A stretch of DNA of 64,000 bases from Phoronis australis (Eukaryota > Animalia > Phoronida). The stretch's first letter is position 1. Every line of letters starts with the position of its first letter. The stretch lies in NCBI GenBank assembly GCA_002633005.1, contig NMRA01000257.1, forward strand, positions 387,574 through 451,573, in the 5' to 3' direction. The notes beneath the pieces are model-generated. The model had not been told where the DNA came from and ran no database searches. It was given only the letters and a program-made list of their open reading frames with translations. The position numbers and the translations under genes were made by a program. Of the stretch, positions 28,432-40,972 are shown piece after piece.

Positions 28432-29119
28432 TTTCGTTCATTCTAAAAAACAAGAAAGAGATTAGTGTTACCACAGAACTCTAGCCCTGGAATGCCCGAG
28501 TTTTGATCTCACGTGGCTGATGTTGCTCCGAGTATGCCTGGAAGTTGCAACACTTGTTCGTTCCAGAGCAATTTTCGCAACACAATATAAACAGGGCTTA
28601 GGGTGGAATGTCTGTGTAGTACAAACGAGGTAAAATTAAGAACTGCTATCACCGAAAATTTCTACCCAAACAAATTTAACTATATTTTTGGAATATTTTG
28701 CAATATAATGGCCCAAAAATTACTACCGGAGGATCATCTACTTGAGATTTCGCTGTTTTGGAAACTGGCCATGGGTATTACAGCTGCCTGGCTACTTGAT
28801 CTAGATATATTACAATAATTTTACAATTTCCTTAAAATATATCCACATGTCATCAAGCACCACCTAGGGTATACGAGGATACCAAAATCACATTCTTAGG
28901 ACAAATAATAACGTACATCAACATCAGGCCAATGGTAAAAATGTCACCTTCTTTACTGTCACTAAAACTATTCACAATTCCACTATTTTTCAACCGAATT
29001 GCATAAGAGTCATATCACTCAAAAGCGAGTCATCCGCACTCAGTGGTGTATGATTATACTAGAAGCTAAAGGGGGATAATTCACTTCATAAATAATAGTA
29101 ATTTTGTGTTCCTGACAGG

Positions 29120-29480
29120 TAACGTGGAGCGTTGACAAGTACCCGTGACACCACCGCAAATTGTGTGCTTCTACGGGTCATTTACTTTCATAAAAATGGC
29201 CATTATAAAGTGCAGAATGCGTCAAACCCGTCCAAATTGAGCAGGTGGCGTCGCCTCTTTAATACAAAACTATTTGCTAATTTCATGAAAATAAGCCAAG
29301 GAAGCCCAAAGATAGAGGCAAGCATAAAAAACAACTGACACAATAGCAGGCACAGTTGTAGTTAGACTGGTCCAAAACTCATCCTCATCTGTTGCCATCT
29401 CCATAGGAACACATCCACATATTTCACAGATGCTTCAAAGGTTTAAGGAGATACATCTGTAGACACAAAAAACAAAATTG
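29120..29480 (+). mobile_element. Highly degenerate pearl/HINE-like copy
   Basis: acgtggagcgttga 5' motif, cataaaaatggcca and aatttcatgaaaat blocks shared with the 33767 element. Confidence 0.45.
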
Positions 29481-30159
29481 GGTGCCAGAAGTAGTATAGT
29501 GTGTTGTTTAGGCGCTACTTTTGAGAGGCACCTTAGTCAAAAGTCATAGGTAAAAGGTGAAAGGCCAAAGTTCACGTGTGATGGATGCAATCGCAAGCAA
29601 TATCATACGCCTACTGAAAGGAAGTGACAACGACATCAACACAAATCATTGCATAATAGGTTTAATTGAACCTGTTAGAGAACGACCTCGATCAAAGGTC
29701 AAGGTCATGTGAGTAACCGGAAGTTGTCGGTAAACTGGAAGGAGGACGAGGTCGAATCCGAAGTTACGTGACTGCTGACATCATCAGGCACGTTAGGGCA
29801 TGGCACCAACCACCACCCGGATGTTCTAAACAGACGATGAATACCTCGTTTTGTAGAGTTCAACAGATTGATAATGGAAACATTAAATAAGGATTATGTT
29901 GTATCACCAGTGTAATTGTTGGGTTTGTTCACTAACTATGTCTAGAAATCAATGGTTGTCTGCAATCATACTTCAAGAGTGTCTCTTGACAATTTCATTG
30001 ATATGAACAAAACTGAAGGGCAACAAAAAGGCTCCATTTGATAACAACAACACCCCATCAAAATTAAATAAAGCAAACAGGACATTCACAGTGCAAACTC
30101 TCCAGGGTCACAAGCTCTAAGCATGGGTAAAAGCTGACATTACACTCCCAAGTTCTATG

Positions 30160-30437
30160 GTGCAAATACGACAAATGACACCTTGAGGAGCTGTCATATG
30201 TATGTCATCAAGTCATCATAGAGGATGAAAAGTTAGATAGGAGGATGAAAAGTTAGATAGATCAAAGTGCAGTCGACAAATGACACCTTGAGAAGTTGTC
30301 ATATGTATGTCATCAAAGTCATTGAGGATGAAAAGTTAGATAGATCAAAGTGCAGTTGACAAATGACACCTTGAGGAGTTGTCATATGTATGTCATCAAA
30401 GTTATCGAGGATGAAAAGTTAGATAGATCAAAGTGCA
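30160..30437. repeat. 83-bp tandem repeat x3
   Basis: gacaaatgacaccttgag...gaggatgaaaagttagatagatcaaagtgca with period 83 (30267, 30350, 30433). Confidence 0.9.
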
Positions 30438-31244
30438 AACTCCCTATTATAAACAATTAAAAAACTAATTTCTACCACAAAAATTAAGCGAACTTCAACT
30501 GAAGCATTGTATGCCCTAGTTTGAATGACTTATCAATGCATGGTAACGATGTAGTGTTAATTTCACAAGAAAAAAAAACTTGACACTTATTTTTTTGAAA
30601 TGTAATCAAGCATTATTTTTTCAAGAAATAAAAGTCTCAAAATACTTCAACTAAGTGCCCATTTCCATAATCAGGTGTTTCAAATTGGCTCCTTTGGCAA
30701 CGCATATTACATAGGGACAAAATATGTCAGTTACAAAAATGTTATGTGACCCCGCCATGCCTCAACTTCGCCTCCAGAGGTACTGAATCCAAGGGTGAAA
30801 TTTGGTTCTTAATGAAATGACAGTGCGGAGTAGACATTGTAGTTCAACCATTTATTCACTGGTGCTGACATATATTGTTACCAATATGACAAATTTCACT
30901 GTCTATCTGCAAAACATAATTCTGTTAAGTCTAACAATTGTGTAATACACTGTATATAATTTCACATTAAATGTATATTTGCATGTGATTGTTACAAAGA
31001 CAATCGTCTTTACTTAAAAACAGAATTATAGTTCTGTACAAACTACAGAATATTCAACAATACTGTAAACTAAGTCAGTTACAGTTCACCAATTTCGAAA
31101 CTTCATCATTCCATAGCACTTACAACTATGGCCCTAAGGTTTTCTAAGGCAAGCACATTGTTGATCGAAACCTTAGATCCTTTTCTACTTTAAGCTTTTG
31201 CTTCCTTGTTTTTTTCTAGTTAAAGACAGGGCTTTCTCATAATT

Positions 31245-32387
31245 TGTGGTATAACGATTGAGTGTTGCGGTTGCGACAGATGGCATGCACGTGGTAGTAA
31301 AAAAACACGAATACTTTGACAAATAAATAGGTCTATTAGTTTGCAGTGTTGTGAGTGACTAACAATAGATTACAAGTTGTGAGACTGACGACCCCCAGTT
31401 GAAATGTAGTTCATGAACTTCAACTATGAATTATTTTCAGGAATTTTGGTTCATGAAATACAAATGAGACAAGTTCATGAACTAGTTCATGAATTAGGTT
31501 CGTGAATTCAGTTCATCAGTTCATGAACTCCAAGTTATTGATGAATTCAGTTCATGAACTGTCTAATTTGTGAACATTCTTGAAGCATTTCAACAGGGCT
31601 TTGAGTTCATGAACTGATATTGATGAATTCAGTTCATGAACTGTCTAATTTGTGAACATTCTTGAAGCATTTCAACAGGGCTTTGACTGAGACAAGATAT
31701 CAATACTTGGAAAGGAACTTGTCTACAGTGCCACTTGTTACCAGTTACACGTACCGCAATAAGATACACTAAAACTAACCCTCAAGAACAATCATCAAAC
31801 TGGTTCAACTGACTAACAGGCCGAGACCAACGCCCACACGCCTGTCTACACCTCCGGTTGTTACTTGTGGATTCTTGCCAATGTCGTCTTTCTGACACCT
31901 CTCGTTTGTGGTCTAGTCTTTTAAGTCTGCTCCTTTACCTCTGGTCTTGTAGGTCTTTTTGGTCTCTCTCTCACACCTTGGTTCTTGGTGGTCGTTTTGG
32001 TCTGCCTCTCTCATAGAGTCAAACCTTTAAATACTGTTTGTTATCATGTCTTGTGATGAACTTATACTCCTGATGTTGATAATTCTTATGTAATAACTAT
32101 CATGACAGACCAAAGGCCAAGCCAGATAATCCTCACATCTCACATGTTATTACGTCACATCCAATGTCTAACTAGAACATCCTCAAATCTTTGAAGTTGG
32201 TAATCCTTGCGTAACCTACGACAGACTCAAGTCTCAAAGTCCAACTAGATTGTCCTCAAATCTTTGCTATCATTGAATGCAACTGCACTCAATCAATTCT
32301 GTAAAAAAAAATCAATTACTATATACTTCTTGCAAATTGTAATATACAGGAAAATGACAGGATTTTGGAAGACATCATTACATTACA
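31245..32387 (-). mobile_element. Diverged solo LTR (same family as 40175-40972) carrying a MITE insertion
   Basis: Reverse strand TGTAATGTAAT...ATACCACA; flanks aatt/aact (1 mismatch); shares gggcgttggtctc and gatatcttgtctcagtc blocks. Confidence 0.6.
31394..31680. mobile_element. MITE with CCC(A/T)GTTGAAATG TIRs built from AGTTCATGAACT palindromes
   Basis: cccagttgaaatg ... catttcaacaggg; interrupts the LTR between gagactgacga and gactgagacaag; internal duplication of about 80 bp. Confidence 0.7.
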
Positions 32388-32477
32388 AACTGAGTTTGGC
32401 AGATCATTGGTACTTAAAGCAATCACCCAAATCTGTCTTTAAAATGGTTTGCACGTGCCCAGGATATGTTTGATAGT

Positions 32478-33181
32478 AATGCAGCATTGTGATAAACAAC
32501 CAACAGATTACAATAAGTTGTGAGACTGACGAGTGGCTGACTGAGACAAGATATCCCTACTGGTGAAACAACTAATCAACAGTGGCACTTAGTCACCCAT
32601 GCACCCCTTCGCACTTCAAGAGTCACAACAGAATTAACCCTCTAGATCAATCACTCTACTGGTTGGAATGATTAACAGGCTGAGACCAACACCCATGTTA
32701 GTGTTAAAGTGTCTATACCTCAAGCTATATGAACTTTTCTTCTCTTCTAGTGTTCGAAGTCTGGTACCGTCTTCTGATGGTCCGATTGTCTTTGAGGTCT
32801 GTAGTCGCAGTTTCAACTGTAGTCTGGTCTATTATAGATCTGGTCTGTCTTGGTCTCAAGAGTGAGTGCCTTAAATACTACTCTTGATGGCATCACGTGA
32901 TGGATCCACCTCTATATGGGCATCTGCCTATAATGAGCTAATTGACTATCCCCTAGAGAATTCTAGCATAACTGCCACACTTCCTGGATTAACTACTACA
33001 GAGGTATGCCTATCCCCTGGGAAATGCTTGCATAACTGCCACTCTTCCTGGATTCACTAGCCCCTAGAAATTTTAACTACAACAGAGGTATGCATATTCC
33101 CTGGGATTTTCTTCCATAAGTTCTGCTAAAGACCAAGGCATGTTTGCATGCACGTGGAGGGCATAGCCTCATTATATTACA
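32478..33181 (-). mobile_element. LTR copy, 3'-truncated
   Basis: The reverse strand begins tgtaatataatgaggc; closely similar to 55225-55899; TATA-like tatttaaggcact. Confidence 0.75.
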
Positions 33182-33766
33182 CTGAAGTGGACCAGGACAT
33201 GAACTCAGATTGTTTAAGGTTAATTTCACTGTGATGACAGAAGGAAACCACTGACAAAGAGTTGTAGTGATATTGGAAAACACTAATTGCAAAAAGTTTC
33301 AGGTCCTGACACAAGTTGCCCTCTCCATATATACATTCAATCATATATGTTCTGCAAACATCAGCAGTCCAATGGTCTAACTGAAAGACATTACTAAACA
33401 AAACATGGAGCATTGTCCTTAGAATGCTACACTTAAAACAAAGTTTCCTTTGAAAAATAAACCTGCGGAATACAATGAAAATCTGAGGTAGACTGAGGCC
33501 TGGTAGTTTCAACTATGCAGTCATTTCTTACACACTGCAGAGTACAAGGAGTGAATGATGCAGCCCACAGATGGCGCATGCGGTAGTAAACAAAATAACA
33601 CCTTTGACATGTTGTGATAACCAACAATGAAATCAAAGTGACGCAACAATAGCTGACTTTCCAAATAGCCGTTTACAGCAATCACGTCTTTGGCAGACGA
33701 GCGTTCAGCGCCACCTATAGATCCCATATAATGCAATGCGGAAGGGTGATTCCAACCTTCTGGTAT

Positions 33767-35443
33767 AACAAGAGCAACGCGGAGCGTTGAAATGCGCCCA
33801 CGAATGCATCGCAAATGGTGTGGTTTTAGGGTTATTTATTTATATCATAAAAATGGCCACTAGATGGCGCAAAAACAATCCATCCAAAACGGGATCATGC
33901 CATATTCCATAAAATCTGTCAAGGAACTTCGGAGAAACAAAGGAAAACAGAACAAAATGAAATTGCCACTTGTGGGCACAGCGTCCGTTCGATCCGCCTG
34001 ACAGTCATTGTCTGTTATCTTCTCATAAATTCACTTGCTAAATTTAATAAAGATCTTGCTGTGTGTTTTGGAGATACAGTTATGTAAGAAAAACAAAACA
34101 AAACTACCACTAGGAGGTTCCACAGTAGTCAGTCGCCATCATCAAACGCCCTATAAGCCAATTTTGACAAAACCATCCCCAGAATGATTTGGTTGATCGA
34201 GGGGTGGACTCCAAAAACATGATTTGAAAACAGCAAAAATGGCCACCAGGTGGCGCAAAATACCTTGATTCCATCCAAAAACAGGATGATAGCGTCATCT
34301 CACCAATAGATGCCTATATTCAAAATTTTATGAAAATCAATTGAGAACCTTTGAAGATACAGACTGGTAAACATAAAAAACTAAAATTGCCACTAGGGGG
34401 CACACCAAGTCAGATCTGTCTGAAAGTCGTCGTCATCCGTTGTCAACATCATATAAATACACTTGCTAAATTAAGTAAAAATCCTCAGCAAACGGTTTAG
34501 TAGATACAGTGATAAGTGTAAAAAACAAAACTGCCAATAGGAGGCGCCATAGTAGTTGAACTCGTCGGAAAATCGTCAGCCATCCACATCATAGTAAAAC
34601 CATACATGCCAATTTTCAAAATTATCCTAAAAGCGGTTTGGTTGACAGACGAGTGGATGGTGGCGCAAACTGGTCGAATCCATCTGAAAACGATAAGATA
34701 GCATCATCTCATTAACAGATGCCTGTATGCCAAATCTTATGAAAACACGTTGAGGACCTTTGAACATACACAGGTAAACTTAAAAAAATGAAATTGCCAC
34801 AAGGTGGCACACCAGTAGTCAGATCCGTCCAAAAGTTGTTGTCGTCCATTGTCAACATCATATAAATACACTTATTAAATTTAGTAAAGATCCTTCGAAC
34901 AGTTTAGAAGATACAGCCATAGGCACAAAAAAAAAAAAACTGCCACTAGGAGGCGCCACAGTAGTCAAAATCTTCGGAAAATCATCGTCATCCGTCCACT
35001 TCATAGTCAAAACATACTTGCCAATTTTCACAATCATCCTTCGAGAGGTTTGGTTGATAGAGGAGTGGACGCAAAAAACTGACTTGAAAACAGTAAAAAT
35101 GGCCACTAGGTGGCGCAAACTAAGTTAAATCCATCCGAAAACAGTATGACAGCGTCATCTCACTAATAGGTGCCAATATACCAAATTTTATGGAAATCTG
35201 TTCAGGACTTTTGAAGATGCAGAGGTAAACGTAAAAAACTAAAATTGCCACTAGGGGGCACACCTGTTGTCGGATCCCTCCGAAAGTTCAGTCATACCGT
35301 CCCATCCATTGAAGAAACACATGTGCAAAATTTCATGAAGCTACGTCGAGGCGTTTTAGAGATAGAGCAGCGGACGCCGGACGGACAGACGGATGGAGAT
35401 GACGACATAATGCGTCCACATATAAAAAATGTGGGCGCATAAA
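33767..35443 (+). mobile_element. Full-length pearl/HINE (Helentron-associated)-like non-autonomous element with an internal array of CTCF-motif repeats
   Basis: 5' AACAAGAG; subterminal IR atgcgcccac (33792) complementary to 3' gtgggcgcat; 11 units of mostly ~140-160 bp; GACG/GACA microsatellite; 3' hairpin atgcgtccacat/atgtgggcgcat followed by aaaa. Confidence 0.8.
33857..35261 (+). promoter_or_regulatory. Co-oriented array of CTCF-consensus-like motifs
   Basis: CCACTAGATGGCGC 33857, CCACCAGGTGGCGC 34243, CCACTAGGGGGCAC 34390 and 35248, CCACTAGGAGGCGC 34943, CCACTAGGTGGCGC 35103, plus weaker sites at 33966, 34107, 34534, 34797. Sequence match only; binding not shown. Confidence 0.55.
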
Positions 35444-35449
35444 AGGCGT

Positions 35450-36350
35450 ACCAACGCCTTTCCCGCCACTGTGCCGGCAAATTTCCACTACCACTACAGA
35501 CCGTTGGGATGTCTTGAGAATACAGGCATAACTTTTGTAACATCCATGGATGAACAAGGACATCATGTTCCATACATTTCTTGCTGCGAAAAAATATCTG
35601 AGACAAAGCCAGTGGCCGTGCTGTGGCTGATAAAGCAGAATTTCGATTCTAGCCGGTGTCCACAAGCTAAAATAAATTTGTTGACTTAAACCAATCAAAC
35701 AATGGGAGGGGCTGACAGAGGAATTTATTCCTCTGCTTTTAAATTTACGAACCACTATGTAGTGACTGTATTTTTGTCCACCGAATCTGTGTCCGGATCT
35801 AGAGATAGCCAATGAAGAAGTCCTCTATTAATATGATTAGACTGATCACTGCGAGACTGAGGTTTCTCATTACTAGCCACCACACCAAATCCTTGTACCA
35901 GAGTCATTAAAGAGTTGGGGTGTAGGTATCAGCCGCTGAAGACAAGCACTAAACTGATTCGAAATAATTAACTGCCGAGATCAATGCTCACATGGAATAT
36001 CTCTACTCTGTCGTCTGATCAGCTGAGGTGGTGCGAGGTTTAATGTAGAGCGATGACCTGATGTAGCAGTGATGCTGCAGAGGCAGTGCCTAAAGGTTGT
36101 AAACCTGTTATGTAGTGTGCTGGCCTCATGCAGAGGTGATGCAATCTGAATATGTTCACGATCCAGCCATCTATTATATAAAATGCATCGTTTGCACAAA
36201 CTCCGTCTCCCCAGCTCCACTACAGACCTTCGTTGCACTCGTTTCGGCACCGCCTTGGTCCCAGGTATTGCACCTGCCCCCTATTTGGATTCGAGGTGTT
36301 AGATTTTTTCTTGCGGGCCGTTTTTTCGCAGACGCAGAAGGAGCATGACC
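35450..36350 (-). pseudogene. Possible decayed DNA-transposon ORF (Kolobok-like N-terminus?)
   Basis: CpG-rich; broken reverse-strand frames contain KKRPARKNLTPRIQIGGRCNTW, RWLDREH...ST and RKF, loosely resembling such transposon proteins; many stops. Confidence 0.25.
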
Positions 36351-37144
36351 AGTTTCGTACTGGTCTTGGTGACGTCAGTTTGTCGGCTCAATGGCCTGGG
36401 TGACGTCACTCCATCGGCTTAATTTCACTCCCTCCGACTTCTGTCACGTATATAATTCATCGGGCCTGTCGCCACCAAAATTAATGATGCCTCATTAAAA
36501 AATTTTTACTCTTTCTTGAGTAAACTAAATTATTTACCCGGGTGTTGGAAAATTGGCATTCTTCAGTTATTGTGCTACTAAAATTGCGATGCGCTCTTTA
36601 GGCGCCATTGCGTCACCTATCGGGCCAATTTCCATGTTCTTCAATCAACTGTGGAGGTTGTGTATATGTCATAACAATCGGAAGTGTTTCATTTCGTTAC
36701 AAGTTTTTACTATTTTAATACCAAAAAAAACAATTTCTGAAAATACTCTAGAGAGATATCACAAAGTTTTGGAAAATGGAGCGTACGTGCGCATGTCACG
36801 AGATTGCACTGTTTTCAAAATGACTGCACTAGGATTTTTCTATGTTACAAAAGGCAAAGAATTACGAAAAATAACGTTTACTAGATTTTGTTTACTTCTA
36901 TAAATGGCTGTAACGGGCACTCTGAATGTCGATTCATTCCCAGATTCTGCATGCACCCCTGTAGGTTGTTAGCTCTTAAGTTTCACGATGAGGTGACGAG
37001 CTGAGCATCCGGGTTGTGTGAAATTTCGGTGTCTAACGGAGCTCTACGCACGGCTACCTAGCTGTATGTTGACGAGTCTTCATACAGGTAGCTGCCTTTC
37101 TACCTCAGTATGTACATTTATAATACAACTTTTGTAAATACATC

Positions 37145-37286
37145 CAGGGGCGGATCCAGGATTTGAGTTGGGGGGAGGCACCGCAAATAGAGTATTAGCC
37201 AGAATTTTGCCCTTCAGACAAATGGAAGCTGGGAGAATTTTATGGGGGGCCATGCCCCCCTTGGCCACCCTATAAATCCGCCACTG
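37145..37286. mobile_element. hAT-like MITE with 5-bp TSD
   Basis: acatc|CAGGGGCGGAT...ATCCGCCACTG|acatc. Confidence 0.85.
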
Positions 37287-38395
37287 ACATCTATATACTT
37301 TGTGTACTAAATGCATTCTTAGTTTTCACTTTAAACTGAAGAATATCTGATTACTGTACTTTGTGTTACGGTAGGGTCAAATGTTCTGGAAAGAAATTTG
37401 TACTGCCAAGGGGAAGAATCCCACAGCCGCACACCTTAATTGCCTACTAAAATCTGACAGGTGACAGAAATTCTGCTTGAACCTTTGAACACGGTCTCTT
37501 CAAAAGTATTCCTGTCTCTTGCGATGAATGACTCGATCAGTTCATTCTTAGATGTAGCTATTTCCCCTCAGCGTTTCCCACTAGCTGCTTGCCGAAAGCA
37601 CCGGTAACTAACGGTAACTAACGGCTAGTAGAACCAGATTAGCATAACCTCTGGAAATTAAGTGGCATGATTACACTCCCTGAACCCAAGGGCTGTTTTT
37701 TGTCACAATTCTTGCCAATCAGAGTTATGCCAACCCAACTGTGAATATCTTATCAATATCCTATACTTGACCCAGGGTGCCCGAATTCAATAAAAGAGGA
37801 CAATAACAGATCCCCAACAGTGTTAGGCTACAGAGAAATGAACTTCCAAAACAAAACCATATGTGGCTGGCATCATAGATTATGCAATGTATGGTAAACA
37901 ATTCTCTGAAACCAGCTAGTGACTCATCTAATCAGAATAGGATCTTGTATTCTAACAAACATCTTGGTAGGTAAATCTCACCAAAAATCTCACCAATTTA
38001 GAACACATGGTAGACTGGAAAATTTTTATTTTCCCATTTTTATAAATGATTCAGTATCATAACAATGCTAAATGTCATACACAAGTTCTGTATCACAGCT
38101 ACCAAACAGAAAAACATTTTGAAAAACTCGTTCACAACAACATTTAAGCCCTTGAAAAATTATTTTTGTACGAAATTGAGGACATTTTACCACAACTGAG
38201 TAGACAGCATCGTGAAAAGACATCTTGTAGTTGAAGCTAGAATATACCCAAACTTAATGAGCATGTAGAAAAAGGACCCATCACTATTGGCCAGCTTGGA
38301 GGGGCTAACAGAGGTGTGAACTGGAGCAAACTTAGAATATTGATACCAAGGTAATTCCACACACGAATGGAAACATTTGATGAAAGTGACATCAT

Positions 38396-38492
38396 AGACA
38401 TAACGATATGCTCCAGCATGTTTTCAAAAGAAGACGGGAAAGACATAACGATATGCTCCAGCATGTTTTCAAAAGAAGACGGGAAAGACATA
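38396..38492. repeat. 45-bp perfect tandem duplication
   Basis: agacataacgatatgctccagcatgttttcaaaagaagacgggaa x2. Confidence 0.9.
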
Positions 38493-38819
38493 CAGAGCAA
38501 AGGAGCCAATTCCTTACCCCAATGCCAAACATCACAATCAATATACTGAATCTCAGCCTCGCAAGGCAACTGGATACAACACATTCTCAAAACACTGCTT
38601 CATGTGCTTCAGACCACCTTCAAATCACCACCTTCCATTGGCTCGGCATCATCAGAGGACATAACTCCTGCTCACAACCTGTTCTAAACTAATGGCACAC
38701 ATGTCATCACTCCCATTAACATCCTGTACAAATGGAAGGTTTTAGAACCAAGACATGTGGTGCCAAACATAACTTTTAACCTTTCCAGATGAACTACTTT
38801 GCACCATGGAATTGGGTAT

Positions 38820-39040
38820 ACTGATGCCGTACTAGTGTTGGACATCTCCCCAGGTTTTTGACAAACTGTCTCACCCAGCACATAGTACTACTATACGGCA
38901 TCGATAACCTCACTCGACAGTGGATAGAAACCAACATGTCATCATCATAGGTGAATCTTTAGCTCCAGTTGTCCAGTAGAATCCAGCATCCCACAGGGGA
39001 CAGTAATTGGCCCAGCTCTCTTCTATACTTCTCAATATAT
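38820..39040 (+). mobile_element. Decayed LINE reverse transcriptase, fragment 1
   Basis: Frameshifted TDAVLVLDIS..FDKLSH (cf. LDFSKAFDKVPH), QWI, and PVESSIPQGTVIGPALF (cf. SGVPQGTVLGPLLF). Confidence 0.8.
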
Positions 39041-40174
39041 AAGCTTCCTACCTGACCTTGTGAGACCTGTCTTGGTCCCTCAATGAGAAGGTTGTATACA
39101 GCTCAGATGTATAGTCAGATGTTTACTCTGAGTATTCAGCAACTGAGAGTATGTATATGAGGTATACTCTGATAACAGCTACAACTGGCAGCAGCAAAGT
39201 GAGTACTGTGTCTATGAGACCAATGAAAATTTATATATACAAGTTTCAAATGTGTGGGTTGCATCCATTCATGATTTCTACAGGAAGCAATGGTAAACAA
39301 CTCTGGGATCTTTCACAACAATCATATGGTAGTGGTCATCTGTCTCAAGGTATCCTTATGTGAATGACCATTACATAATCTAGTCTACTATAGAGTTCAT
39401 CAAAACATGTGTGGGTGCACTGGGCCACTGACTCAGCTGAAAGCCAAACAAGTTACTATAAACATCAACAATTTCTCAGTAAATTAGAAATATCAATAAT
39501 ACTATCAAAACAGCATTCTAAGTAAAATGGGCAATTCCCTGAAAAGGTCAACCTGGAGACAAAAAAAAATTAAAATTGTGGCTATACTAACATTCCTGGT
39601 TTCATCTGAAAGCCCAGTATCTCTAGTTTCAGGATCCATATTTGACCTATAAACTTTCAATTTTTCCCCAAATGGACCCATTTTTGGAAGTTACTTGACC
39701 CTAAAAAATTACCTCAATTTTCATGTGTGTTGCTAATTGTCATAAATAAGCTAATTATTGGTATTTCAATAAACTATCAAACTTGTGCAATCACATGATC
39801 CCCAAACTTTATAAAAAATTTTCAATCAATTAAAATAAATTCCAGTTCTCTTTTAATATGTTACTCAAAACTATTAAACAAAATTTTAGATCGCAGGGAT
39901 TAGTCCTTAAGTCAGAAATTGCATGACAAGACGTAAAGCAAATTTGTAGGTCCGTCAATAAAAATAACCTTAGGTCATATTTTTACTTTCTAAACTTGCA
40001 GAAGATGAAATGTATCTCACAACTAAGTACCTTAAAATGACTTAAATATTACAAAGGCAGCTTCAAAATTTAGAGTAAAAAAGTTGCTACAGATTTGTAC
40101 TAGATGTGCACTGGACTTTTTCAAATCCAAACGTATTTGCAGAAAAATTATAGTTTACAATGTCATCTAGTTAT

Positions 40175-40972
40175 TGTAATATAATAAGGCTATGCCCTCC
40201 ATGTGCACGAAATTTCAGGGGATATGCTACCTCTGTAGTAGTTAAATGCAGGAATAGTGCTCTGATGTTGAAAACCCAGGAATAGAGGCAGTTATGCAAT
40301 AATACAGGAATAGTGGCAGCTATCCTAGAATTTTGAGTTATAGCGAGATGGACATATATGTACATGCAGAGTGGGTTCATCGCGTGGTCAGTTAGTTCGT
40401 TATATTCAGCTCGTCATAGAGAGATGGACATATATGTACATACAGAGTGGGTCCATCGCGTGATGCCACTAAAGTTTAGTATTTAAAGTACTGACTCTCG
40501 AGACCAGGGCAGACTGGATCCACCATAGATCACAACTTCAGACTACGGGGCACGACTCCAGAGACTACTGAGACGAAGCCGGGGCCAGACGAGCAACTTC
40601 TGTGACCAAAGAGTCTAGGAGAAAGGACAACTGAGGTATAGACACTTATCACGGGCGTTGGTCTCAGCCCGTTAGTCAATTTGAACTGGCTAGTGATTGT
40701 TCTGGAGGGTTAGTTCTGTTGTGACTTGTTTTGTGTTGGCGTGTGCGGTAGCTACGGGGAACCAGTGGCACTGTTAATTAGTAGTTTTCTAGTAGGGATA
40801 TCTTGTCTCAATCAGTTAGTCGTAAGTCTCACAACTTATTGTAATCTATAATTTGTAAATCACAACGCTGCAAATTAATAGACGTATTTTATTGTTAAAG
40901 TATTCGTGTGTTGTTTTATTTGTTACCACGTGCGTGCCATTTATCGGCCGCAACACGCACTGATATACCACA
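40175..40972 (+). mobile_element. Intact solo LTR (798 bp), gypsy-type 4-bp TSD
   Basis: ttat|TGTAATATAAT...GATATACCACA|ttat; TATA-like tatttaaag near 40479; related copies elsewhere in the window. Confidence 0.88.

Noticed and set aside
38684-38815. KVVHLERLK resembling a gypsy integrase C-terminal motif
   Set aside because: A single short motif without upstream GPY/F or DDE context; too weak to call.
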